Shown in pieces: positions 16,870-25,335 of a stretch of DNA of 31,581 nucleotides; within the stretch, counting starts at the first letter, position 1; every line of letters begins with the position of its first letter. This stretch comes from Polyangiaceae bacterium (lineage in GTDB: Bacteria > Myxococcota_A > Polyangia > Polyangiales > Polyangiaceae), in contig JANRKO010000090.1 of the NCBI GenBank assembly GCA_033763455.1, positions 1-31,581 of the forward strand, read 5' to 3'. Below the pieces are notes generated by a model that saw only the letters and a program-made list of their open reading frames with translations, was not told where the DNA came from and ran no database searches. Position numbers and translations under genes: made by a program.

Positions 16870-17691
16870 TCACGGTGCGCCGGGCCCTGGCCCACCAGAC
16901 TCCGGCCCGCCTCGCCCCTGCCAGCCCTGTCCACGCGGGCCGCCGCCGCCACCGCGGCCACCAAACATGCGGGACACCTCTCGCACTTCATCATCGGTTT
17001 TCTTGAGATCTTCGTAGGTTTTTTGCTGGCTGGGGCTGAGCACGCCGGCCACCTCTTTGTCCAAAGCCTGGCGAATTTCACCAACAGCCTTACGCCAATC
17101 GATGCGTTCCGAATCCCCCCGCCCGGGGCCGGCGCTTTCGCGGAGCTTCTGCATAGCGTCCATGGCAGTGATGAAGGCCTGCTCCACCTGTGCCTTCTGA
17201 CTCCCGTCTAACTTGAGCTTCTGTTCGAGCACGCCCGCCGCGTTGGTGGCTCGCTCCATTTGGCGATTCCTTGCTTCGGTTTCGCGCTCCTCTTTGCGTT
17301 GGGCATCCACGCGCTCCAGAACGCCGCGTACCGCTGTTTCAAAAGCAGGGTTGTTGGAAGCCACGAGAGCCTGCAGTGTCGGATCATTGGGGCCTGCATC
17401 GGGATCCATACGCTCGATATATTGGGCGATGGCCTTCTGCGCCGAGCTTTGGCGTTCAAGGGTGGCCAGCCGTTCTTCGAGCCGCCTCGTCCCTGCGGAG
17501 CGCACCGGCTCCCCGTCACTCGCCTCATAGCTCGCAGCTCGAGTGTTCTCGCCTTCGCGCGCTGACGACAACTCGCGGGACACTTTTGGCCTGCTCGTTC
17601 CAGCCAAGGACCAAACGGCAACACCACCTAGGCTGCCGCCCACCGTTGCCACCAAAGCGTGACTTAACAACGTCTTGAATAGAGGGCTCAT
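16870..17691 (-). CDS. Membrane-anchored helical protein with Spy/CpxP-like LTXXQ pattern
   Basis: N-terminal TM, coiled coil, LKLDGSQ...LSPSQ motifs, Gly/Pro tail. Confidence 0.7.
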   Translation of the reverse strand: MSPLFKTLLSHALVATVGGSLGGVAVWSLAGTSRPKVSRELSSAREGENTRAASYEASDGEPVRSAGTRRLEERLATLERQSSAQKAIAQYIERMDPDAGPNDPTLQALVASNNPAFETAVRGVLERVDAQRKEERETEARNRQMERATNAAGVLEQKLKLDGSQKAQVEQAFITAMDAMQKLRESAGPGRGDSERIDWRKAVGEIRQALDKEVAGVLSPSQQKTYEDLKKTDDEVREVSRMFGGRGGGGGPRGQGWQGRGGPESGGPGPGAP

Positions 17692-17914
17692 TATCCAAGG
17701 GAGAGTGTCACGTTGGGGCGCTACGTTAAAAGCGCGACACCTTTACGTCCCTGTTCCGACCTTCCGAAGGACGACCAAATTACCTCAAGCTCGTAATATT
17801 CCAGTTTCCTAGAATATCACGCCCTGGGCGAAGGGAGCCCGGGGCCCGGCCGCCTCGAAGTTGGATTCACCCACGGCGTAAAGTTGGCTCAGAGCAGGCA
17901 ATCAGTGTTATTTG

Positions 17915-19000
17915 ATGGAGCTCGCGATGCCGGCCACACCCTTGAACGCAGTTCCCGTGTCCGACGAGCTCGATGAGCTCGATTCTCGCGTCCGAACCAT
18001 CGGCATCGAGCCCGATAGCGACGCCCACCTGTTGCTGAAAGCGGATCCTCGGGCCCTTGAGCATGCGGAGATAGTGCTCGCCGAGCGCTACCGGCTAGTG
18101 CGGCATCTCGATCGGGGCGCCACTGCCGACGTGTACCTCGCGGAAGATACGCTCGATGGCTCCGAAGTGGTTGCCAAGATCTTAGACGAGAAGGCCACGG
18201 CCACAGAGGACCTCCGATCTCGATTTGTGGTGGGTGCGAGAGCGGCCATGCGGATCCGGCATCCGAACGTGGTGCGCATCTACGAAGCGGAAGCTCCAGC
18301 CGGGCGCTCTCCTTACTCCATCATGGAAGTGCTTGAGGGCGAGACGCTGGGGCACTTGTTCCGCCGTGGTGATCCACTGCCGTCAAAGACTGCTCTCCGG
18401 CTCAGCCGCCAGTTAGCAGCCGGCCTGCATGCCGTGCACGAAGCTGGGATCATTCACCGCGACGTAAAGCCCGACAACATCTTCCTCGTAGGCCCGCTCG
18501 GTTCCCCCAAAATCGCCAAAATCTTGGACTTTGGGCTCGCCAAGTGCGACCCCCAACGAGAAGAAAACGTGGTCTTGGGTACCGGCCAATACATGGCACC
18601 TGAACAGGTACTCGGCGATCGCGTGGATGCTCGTTCGGACGTTTACTCACTCGGTGTGGTGATGTTTCGGATGTTCACGGACCACCTTCCCTGGGATCTT
18701 GAGCTCGGAGTGGAGCTCTTGCGGCATCACCTGGTTTCTCCCGCGCCGCCCCCTTCTTGGCTCAACGAAGCCCTCGACCCACGTATTGAAGTCGTTATTC
18801 TGCGTGCCCTCTGCAAGCACCCAGAGAACCGTTTCGCTTCGATGCAGGAGCTCGTGGACGCACTCGATGCGATCCTGGAATCAACGCCTTCGGTCGAACC
18901 ACCGGTGGCCTACCGGCCCTCGCGCCTGCCAGATTTGTACACACCGTGTACCGCTCACGCACGGGAAAATGCCGCGCTTCTCAACGTCCCCATCGGCTAG
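17915..19000 (+). CDS. Cytoplasmic Hanks-type Ser/Thr protein kinase with a degenerate N-lobe
   Basis: VAK, HPNVV, HRDVKPDN, DFG, YMAPE, SDVYSLG; no TM segment. Confidence 0.93.
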   Translation: MELAMPATPLNAVPVSDELDELDSRVRTIGIEPDSDAHLLLKADPRALEHAEIVLAERYRLVRHLDRGATADVYLAEDTLDGSEVVAKILDEKATATEDLRSRFVVGARAAMRIRHPNVVRIYEAEAPAGRSPYSIMEVLEGETLGHLFRRGDPLPSKTALRLSRQLAAGLHAVHEAGIIHRDVKPDNIFLVGPLGSPKIAKILDFGLAKCDPQREENVVLGTGQYMAPEQVLGDRVDARSDVYSLGVVMFRMFTDHLPWDLELGVELLRHHLVSPAPPPSWLNEALDPRIEVVILRALCKHPENRFASMQELVDALDAILESTPSVEPPVAYRPSRLPDLYTPCTAHARENAALLNVPIG

Positions 19001-19009
19001 GCTAAACGC

Positions 19010-19891
19010 GTGAAGAATCCTTCGCTCACCAAACTGTTGGAAGTGATTGAGCGCGACGTGGGTGCCCGCGAAGCAAAGCTCGAATTTGGCGGCCTCCCAA
19101 CGGAAGATGCTCGCAGCGTTAGCCTTGAGGTGAGTGATGGTTGGCGCATGACGGTCAGTTTCGCCGAGCCTCCCAAAGACCGCGAAGCCGTCCTAGAGCG
19201 ATTACGTGCTTACGCCACTTCTTTTGGCGATGGCCCCGAAGCACCTAGCATGCGGTCCCCCACGCAGCACGAGAATCCAACTCTTCGTGTAGATGAAACG
19301 CTCGCAGCCTTGGCAGGCCAAAGCCATGCACGAGCAGCCTTCGTGGTGGACGAACAATCTCCGATCATTTGGGGCGCTTCGCTGCCGAGAGAGCAGCTGG
19401 ATGAGCTAGAAGATTACTTCGAAACGGGCCGCGCCTTCGCTACGCTCGCGGCTCGCGGTCACGATCTTTGGGACACCCTTTCCCTCGACGAACCCAAGCT
19501 CGATGCCCTGCTCAGAACATTCTCCGCACGCGAACAGGCCGATCTGCGCGCCGTCGTGGAACGCCTCAGGCGCCGCCATTCCGAGCCCGAGCGCTACCCC
19601 TGGCGTACCGATCTTCTCATTGCCCGCGCGCTCACCGAAACAAGCCGCCACATCAAGACGGACAACAACAACGTCCGCTATGTGGAGCGCCAACCCAATT
19701 ACGGCTGCCTAGCCAGGGCTTTTGCCTCCATTTACCGCGTCGTACTGGTGTTTGATCACTCCTTCTCCGAGCTGCACGCCGAAGGCGCGCTCGTGCGAGC
19801 CTTGCCCCGCCTAGAGCGAATGGTGCTCTCGCTCCCACCCATCGAGCCTCCCCCCCGAGGGGCTAAGGTTGTTAAGTTACCGTTGCGTTAA
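19010..19891 (+). CDS. Hypothetical protein, possible Roadblock/longin-like region
   Basis: Starts 9 bp after the kinase stop; LAALAGQSHARAAFVVDEQSPIIWGA and LARAFASIYRVVLVFD followed by a terminal helix. Confidence 0.7.
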   Translation: MKNPSLTKLLEVIERDVGAREAKLEFGGLPTEDARSVSLEVSDGWRMTVSFAEPPKDREAVLERLRAYATSFGDGPEAPSMRSPTQHENPTLRVDETLAALAGQSHARAAFVVDEQSPIIWGASLPREQLDELEDYFETGRAFATLAARGHDLWDTLSLDEPKLDALLRTFSAREQADLRAVVERLRRRHSEPERYPWRTDLLIARALTETSRHIKTDNNNVRYVERQPNYGCLARAFASIYRVVLVFDHSFSELHAEGALVRALPRLERMVLSLPPIEPPPRGAKVVKLPLR

Positions 19892-20069
19892 GGCTTCAGC
19901 ACCATTCAACAACGCGGGCAGGCCAGCCGCACGGATACCGCCTTCCATCGGGAACGCTTTGTCCCCAGGATCTGGCGAGCACCCAACAGGCCCACCACAC
20001 GGGGTGCCCGCGGGAGGCTTTCCTCACATTTTCAAGGTGAATACCGCTTTCCACCCTCCCACGAGACTA

Positions 20070-20198
20070 TGAAAATTCGGCGGCGCCCACCGAATTTTCA
20101 CGGGGGGGGCGGTCTAAACCCCAGCCGAAAGCTGGAATGAACGGAGCATCGCCCCACCGTGAATCAGGTGGGGCGATGGTGCTGAGACCTATGCTCCG
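20070..20198. other. Cluster of three hairpins between convergent genes
   Basis: TGAAAATTCGG/CCGAATTTTCA (20070-20100), CCAGC-CGAAA-GCTGG (20121-20135), CATCGCCCCACC/GGTGGGGCGATG (20147-20178). Confidence 0.6.
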
Positions 20199-20202
20199 AG
20201 CC

Positions 20203-21900
20203 TTAGCGGCAGGTCTGCGTGTGGTAGTCCTCGACCTTGCGAACGGTCGCGTCAAAGTCGCACACGTAGATCGGGGGGAGAATAATCGTGCTCTGGGCGC
20301 GCGTTATGGGTGGGTAAAAAATAGGCCCAGCCGGACGAATACAATAACTATAGATGCCCTGCCCACCGCATGAAGGGGGTTCCTTGTAGTAGCCCTGAGG
20401 CGAACAGGAGCTGTCGCAGGGATTCAGCTTGTAATCGTACTCGATGCCACCGATCGTCTCGTACGGGGACTCCTTCCCATCACAGTCGTAATCCCAGCTG
20501 GCGACGCGGCTAATAGGCGAAGTGTAATAATCTGCGAAATACTGGGTTTGTAGAGGACTTACTCGAACATCTTGGTCGTTGCAGTCCCAGTTCTTTGGGC
20601 TCTTGGGATCAGGCTCTGTCGTCGTCCATCCGTTGTACGAGCCTTGTGGGCACAAGCCGGCTCTGGGTGGCGGCGGGTAGCCACAGGAACTCACGTAATT
20701 CGACGGGTCGGTTGCGAAGCCGTCCCCGTCGCAATCCAGGTAGTAGCGCGTTGACGAATCCATGTCGCCCGTCGTTGGGTTGCAGTCGTTGTCCTTCCCA
20801 TCGCCACAGATCTCCTGGCTCCCTGAGAAAATCGCACCGTCGGCATCGTTGCAGTCGGTGCCACAGGTGCCGAGTGCGGTAGAGGCCTCCCCATCGCCAT
20901 CGGGATCCTTCAGGGTGTGCAAGGATTGCCCGTCCACTGGATCGCAAACGTCGTCCGTACACGGGTTCGCGTCGTCGCTGACTACTACAGCAACTCCCGG
21001 TTTGCAGAGGTGGGTGGTGACGTCACAGGTTTCAGTACCGTTACAGGCATTCTGGTCGCTACATTCGAGATCTGATTCGCAAGTCCACTGACAATCGATC
21101 TCACAGCCATCATTCGGCGTAACGTTCCCGTCGTCGCATTCCTCACCCACGGTTGTAACAGCGCCATCGCCACAGCCAATGACGACACACGTGCCCTGTC
21201 GACACTCTTTGGTCGACTCTGGGGGATTGCAAATGGTCTTATCGGCAGGCTTTACCCCCGTGGCGCAGGTATGCGTTGCCGGCAGACAAATCTCAGTGCC
21301 ATCACAGAAATTGCCGTTGTCGCACTCTGCATCGGATTCGCAGGTAAACTGGCAGTCTTTACTACAGCCGTCGGCATCGTCCGCGTCGGCGTCGTCGCAC
21401 TCTTCACCTGCGAGGGCATCCGCATACCCATCCCCGCAGTACCCGCGCGCGCAGCTTCCCTTGGTGCAGAAGAACTGATCAGAAGGGCTAATTAACGTCG
21501 GCCCACCCGCACCACCTGCGCCACCTGCACCGCCGGTGCCCGGCATAGAGACAGGCGCCGTACCCGGGGGCGCCATGCACGCAGAACCATCCGCCTTGTT
21601 CGTGCCTTCAGCCGCGCAGAACCCAGCCGCACAGATCTCCACGCCGTTACATGGATTCTTATCGTCACACTCGGGACTTGCCTGGCAAGGAACCTTCACC
21701 ACCATGAGCATCCCTGCCCCTGAAGCTCCGCCAGCCCCACCAACAGAAGCCGGAGCGCCTCCCGACTTCGCGCCTCCAGTGTTGGTTTGGCCGGCCGCAG
21801 CCATATTCCCATCGGCTCCAAACTCCCTCTTCTCACCATTGCAAGCACCGAAGCCAGCGAGCAATCCAGCTACCGCGAGGTAGATTCCAATCTTACGCAT
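20203..21900 (-). CDS. Cys-rich lipoprotein with Myxococcus cysteine-rich (DUF4215-like) repeats and MopE-like metal-binding motifs
   Basis: Lipobox FGAC; two copies of CGDG..GEECDD..DGC..DCQ[FW]TCESD.EC..N.C.GTE.C..TH.C; DCNDAD..EICGDGKDNDC; YYLDCDGDGF. Confidence 0.88.
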   Translation of the reverse strand: MRKIGIYLAVAGLLAGFGACNGEKREFGADGNMAAAGQTNTGGAKSGGAPASVGGAGGASGAGMLMVVKVPCQASPECDDKNPCNGVEICAAGFCAAEGTNKADGSACMAPPGTAPVSMPGTGGAGGAGGAGGPTLISPSDQFFCTKGSCARGYCGDGYADALAGEECDDADADDADGCSKDCQFTCESDAECDNGNFCDGTEICLPATHTCATGVKPADKTICNPPESTKECRQGTCVVIGCGDGAVTTVGEECDDGNVTPNDGCEIDCQWTCESDLECSDQNACNGTETCDVTTHLCKPGVAVVVSDDANPCTDDVCDPVDGQSLHTLKDPDGDGEASTALGTCGTDCNDADGAIFSGSQEICGDGKDNDCNPTTGDMDSSTRYYLDCDGDGFATDPSNYVSSCGYPPPPRAGLCPQGSYNGWTTTEPDPKSPKNWDCNDQDVRVSPLQTQYFADYYTSPISRVASWDYDCDGKESPYETIGGIEYDYKLNPCDSSCSPQGYYKEPPSCGGQGIYSYCIRPAGPIFYPPITRAQSTIILPPIYVCDFDATVRKVEDYHTQTCR

Positions 21901-22042
21901 TCTAAGAGTCCTTTCGCGCTCCCAGGCAAAGGGGCCCTTTGGCGCTATGTGATATGGTGCATTAAAGTGAGCTGCCGGGCAATTGGGCTAGGGGGTTTTC
22001 CCTAATTGACAGGCGGCCAATACGGCTGGCACAGACCTCATT

Positions 22043-23782
22043 ATGGGAAAATATTGGAGTGCTTTCCGACTCGTTGGAGGCATCGCTTCCGTATATCTAG
22101 CGCTCGCCGCGTGCGACGACGGTTTTGGTGACTGCACGAAAACGCTGACGTGCCCGCCGCCCATGTCCCCGGAAATGGCCGCCGGAGCCGGAGGAGAGAA
22201 AAGCCCACCCGCTGGGGGTGACCGTGCGGGTGGGCTCGCGTTTGGTGGAAGCGACGGCGGTGCAGGTGCGGCGGGTCAAGGGCGCAGCAGCGCAGGTACA
22301 GGCACAGCCGGCCTAGGCGGCAGCGCAAACCCGCCGGCAAGGCCTTGCTCCAATAGTGCAGACTGTTCAGATGGCCTTGCTTGCAATGGGATCGAGGTTT
22401 GTGTCTCGCAAAGCAGCCATGCGGTGTGTGCCGGCCAAATGGATTGCGTCTGCGAAGCGGGTGCTCCCGTGGTTTGTGACAACGCTGATTCAACCAACTG
22501 CCGCGCGAGCTGCATGGAAGGCAAGGGGTGCGTCATTACAGCGCTCGACATGGACAACGACGGTCACGGCCGTACGGCATGCGCGCAAGCACCCGGTGAC
22601 GACTGCGATGACACCGACAACCTCACACATCCGAGTGCTCCAGAGCAGTGTGACGGAAAAGACAACGACTGCGATGGGTTTGAGGGCGCGAATCTAGTCG
22701 GCGGGGTTTTGCGCGAAATTGGGAGCGGTAGTCTGACCGGCTACGGAGATCCGCACATCTCTTGGCACGCGGCTGGCGCTCGCTTCAACATTGTTTATGC
22801 GGCGGACAAGACCCCGATGTACATTCGCGCGAATACCGCGGGGGAGGTGATGTCCACGAGATCCTTTGGCATCCAGGCATCGGGTATTGCCTACCAGCCC
22901 TCGGTTCTTTCAGCAGGAACCAGCGCCGTACTCGCATTCACCGATCTGGGTGTGAATGCTGGCCAGATTGATAGGACGGCTGGCTCAAAAATCTACTTCG
23001 CTCCCGTACCGCTGCTGAATGAACCGATTGCCGACAAGAGCCTCCAGGTCACGGCATCTGGAGGAGTGACGCCAATCTTTGATGGGACCGATATACGGTT
23101 GCTCTTTTCTGACACGAGTCCTCCTGGAAAAACAGCCATCTACGCAACCAGCCCTGGTATCTCGCTGATTAAGGAGTTCGTGGGCCCTTGGTCGATGGAT
23201 TGGGCGGGGACGGCTTGGCATCAGCACACTGCCGGCCTGGGACCGAATTCGTTGGTTGAGTTCGGAACCCTCCTTAACTCGTCCTTCGTGAGCTCGGGAA
23301 CGTTGGAAGAGCAGCCGTTTGCACCCGAGATCACAGGTATATCCAAACCCCAGACAGTAGCCACCCCGGACGGTGTGTTCTCAACGATAGGCACCTTCGA
23401 CGGCATGAACGAATCAGCAGTCCTTGCCGCAAGGAACCCGAATGGGACAGCGAGATGTTGGAAGGCTCTCGCTCCCCCGCCCGGGACCATGAAGAGCCCA
23501 ACGGCGATCGCTTGGGAGCCGTACAGCATGCGCCGCCATTCTGGAGGAGATCTATTGGGCCTGTTTCGGGCACTTAAGCAAGACAACTCGTACAGCCTGT
23601 ATCTACAGCGCTACGATAACCTCTGTGCGCCAAAAGCGCTCCCTATTCTCATCGCGACCGTTCCGACCGGGCGCGTAAATGCCGACTTCGACCTGAGCCC
23701 AACTACGATCGCTGTCGTGTGGAACGATGCGTCAGGCAAGGTCCACCTTCAATCGGCAAGCGCTACGCTGTGTGGGCCGTAA
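22043..23782 (+). CDS. Cys-rich lipoprotein with a MopE-like motif and a beta-rich C-terminal domain
   Basis: Lipobox LAAC, Gly linker, CSDGLACNGIEVC, DMDNDGHG, DCDDTD..HPSAPEQCDGKDNDCDG, then a largely Cys-poor beta-rich region. Confidence 0.85.
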   Translation: MGKYWSAFRLVGGIASVYLALAACDDGFGDCTKTLTCPPPMSPEMAAGAGGEKSPPAGGDRAGGLAFGGSDGGAGAAGQGRSSAGTGTAGLGGSANPPARPCSNSADCSDGLACNGIEVCVSQSSHAVCAGQMDCVCEAGAPVVCDNADSTNCRASCMEGKGCVITALDMDNDGHGRTACAQAPGDDCDDTDNLTHPSAPEQCDGKDNDCDGFEGANLVGGVLREIGSGSLTGYGDPHISWHAAGARFNIVYAADKTPMYIRANTAGEVMSTRSFGIQASGIAYQPSVLSAGTSAVLAFTDLGVNAGQIDRTAGSKIYFAPVPLLNEPIADKSLQVTASGGVTPIFDGTDIRLLFSDTSPPGKTAIYATSPGISLIKEFVGPWSMDWAGTAWHQHTAGLGPNSLVEFGTLLNSSFVSSGTLEEQPFAPEITGISKPQTVATPDGVFSTIGTFDGMNESAVLAARNPNGTARCWKALAPPPGTMKSPTAIAWEPYSMRRHSGGDLLGLFRALKQDNSYSLYLQRYDNLCAPKALPILIATVPTGRVNADFDLSPTTIAVVWNDASGKVHLQSASATLCGP

Positions 23783-23993
23783 CGCGCGTTGGGTGCGGAC
23801 CCAGACCCGATTGACTGGCTTTCAGCGCACCGCGCTTCAGCGATCAAAGCACGCGTGCTAACATCACGCCAAGCCGCGCGCGAATCTGCTCGCGACGGCG
23901 CCACACTATGGCGACGCGCAGTTAGGCACCAGCAACCAATGCGTCGGCATATCACGACGCACGCTGATACCTGGAATCGTCCAAGCCCGCCAG

Positions 23994-24566
23994 CTAGTTC
24001 TGATAGTGACGATTGATGAAGTCGCTTTGGATCCAAAGCAGCTTGCTGAAAGCGCGCAGTGTCCCATGCTTCACTGACTCCGGTATATCCGCGCTCAAGA
24101 TAGTGGCGTTGAACACGTCCGCGACAAATCCAAGGAGCGCGTTCATCTGCACCAAGGGAATCGCGATGTCAGCGCTGCCGGCCTTGGCCGTGTGGATCTT
24201 GCCAACCATGTCGACATACTGGAGGAACTTTCCGTCGTAGGGCTTGGTCACCAGCGCTTCTAGATATCGGGCAAGGTGCTGCTTCCGAAACTGGATTTGT
24301 GGATGATCCATTTTGAGGTCGCTCAAGCTTTTTGGCACCTCGCCCTCGTAACCGTGTTGTTTGGGTAGGAAGTGTCGCCAAGTCGAAGTGTAGGCGTGAA
24401 GCTTATTGTAAACGCCATCCACTAAAGCGGGTACGAGTGGCGCCAGCAACGGCGCTGCCGCATGGATAGCGTCGATATCGTCTTTTCCAAACCCCATAAA
24501 CTCAGCAAGGTACTCAAAGCGATAAGCGATATCGGTTTCCAAACGAGCTTCGTTGATTTCTTTCAT
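23994..24566 (-). CDS. Stand-alone protoglobin-family globin
   Basis: YLAEFMGF...LVDGVYNKL...RKQHLARYL...YVDMVGKIH (candidate proximal His)...AFSKLLWIQSD; ATG 24566. Confidence 0.88.
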   Translation of the reverse strand: MKEINEARLETDIAYRFEYLAEFMGFGKDDIDAIHAAAPLLAPLVPALVDGVYNKLHAYTSTWRHFLPKQHGYEGEVPKSLSDLKMDHPQIQFRKQHLARYLEALVTKPYDGKFLQYVDMVGKIHTAKAGSADIAIPLVQMNALLGFVADVFNATILSADIPESVKHGTLRAFSKLLWIQSDFINRHYQN

Positions 24567-24571
24567 GGGTT

Positions 24572-24648
24572 CTCTTTCACTTGCTTCGTTTGAGCGCCGA
24601 AGCGACCCCGCGTGCAAGAGAAAACGGCACGCCTTCTACCCAAATCTC
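24572..24648 (-). pseudogene. Collapsed remnant of the hisS 3' part (direct repeats of hisS sequence)
   Basis: 24613-24648 matches hisS 25750-25785 at 34/36; 24572-24586 matches hisS 25369-25383 at 15/15; same order and orientation. Confidence 0.8.
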
Positions 24649-24723
24649 TCCCAAACCTCCCCCACGCGCCCACCAAATCCCCCAAGCTTTTGAATGCCGT
24701 CGTCACGCGTGCCGAGGTTTGGG

Positions 24724-24729
24724 TATGAT
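24724..24729 (+). promoter_or_regulatory. -10 box of a probably leaderless TA transcript
   Basis: TATGAT followed by 6 nt and the GTG start; no clear SD; inverted repeat CCCAAACCTC/GAGGTTTGGG (24650-24659/24714-24723) adjoins it. Confidence 0.5.
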
Positions 24730-24735
24730 GCATGG

Positions 24736-24996
24736 GTGCCAATCTTGTCCGTCTTCTTTGGGATCACGATCCGCGTCTACTTTGAAGATCATGCACCCCC
24801 GCACATACACGTCGCTTATGCGGAATTTAATGCAGTGGTGGGGATCGATTCCGGCGAGATTCTTGCGGGGCAACTGCCGAAGCGTTGCGCCAAATTGGTG
24901 GAGGAATGGCGGATTGCCCACCTTGCAGAGTTGCGGAAAGCATGGAAAACTACGCAGTCTAATAAAATCCCCAAGCGGATTGCTCCGCTCTCGTGA
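24736..24996 (+). CDS. DUF4160 protein (putative toxin, HicA-like)
   Basis: MPILSVFFGITIRVYFEDHAPPHIHVAY...GQLP...VEEW...H..EL..W...IAPL family signature. Confidence 0.9.
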   Translation: MPILSVFFGITIRVYFEDHAPPHIHVAYAEFNAVVGIDSGEILAGQLPKRCAKLVEEWRIAHLAELRKAWKTTQSNKIPKRIAPLS

Positions 24997-25003
24997 GACA
25001 AAT

Positions 25004-25279
25004 ATGAAACTTGGAACTGCAATCAAGCGGATTGTGAAAGTAAATCCGGAGCAATTTCGAATCCGCCTTCAGTATACGGATGGATTCCAAGGTGAAGTGG
25101 ATCTGAGCTTCTTGTTCGGCGCTCCAAAAAGCAAACCGCTGGTACTGGAGATCCTACGAGGCGATCTATTTGGTCGTTGCTTCATCGAATCAGGAGCACT
25201 CGCCTGGCCCAACGGATACGAGTTGTGCCCCGACGCCGTCCGCCAATGGATTGAACAAGGCAAACACCGAGCGGCGTGA
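25004..25279 (+). CDS. DUF2442 protein (putative antitoxin)
   Basis: IRLQYTDGFQGEVDL...GALAWPNGYELCPD; 7 bp downstream of the DUF4160 gene. Confidence 0.88.
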   Translation: MKLGTAIKRIVKVNPEQFRIRLQYTDGFQGEVDLSFLFGAPKSKPLVLEILRGDLFGRCFIESGALAWPNGYELCPDAVRQWIEQGKHRAA

Positions 25280-25335
25280 GTGGCCCTCTGCAGCCGCTGA
25301 GTCCGCGCCCGTGCAGACTGCTGGACACACGCCGT

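Noticed and set aside
24581..25279. 232-aa ORF spanning both TA genes
   Set aside because: Only the part from ATG 25004 looks like DUF2442; the rest overlaps DUF4160 in another frame.
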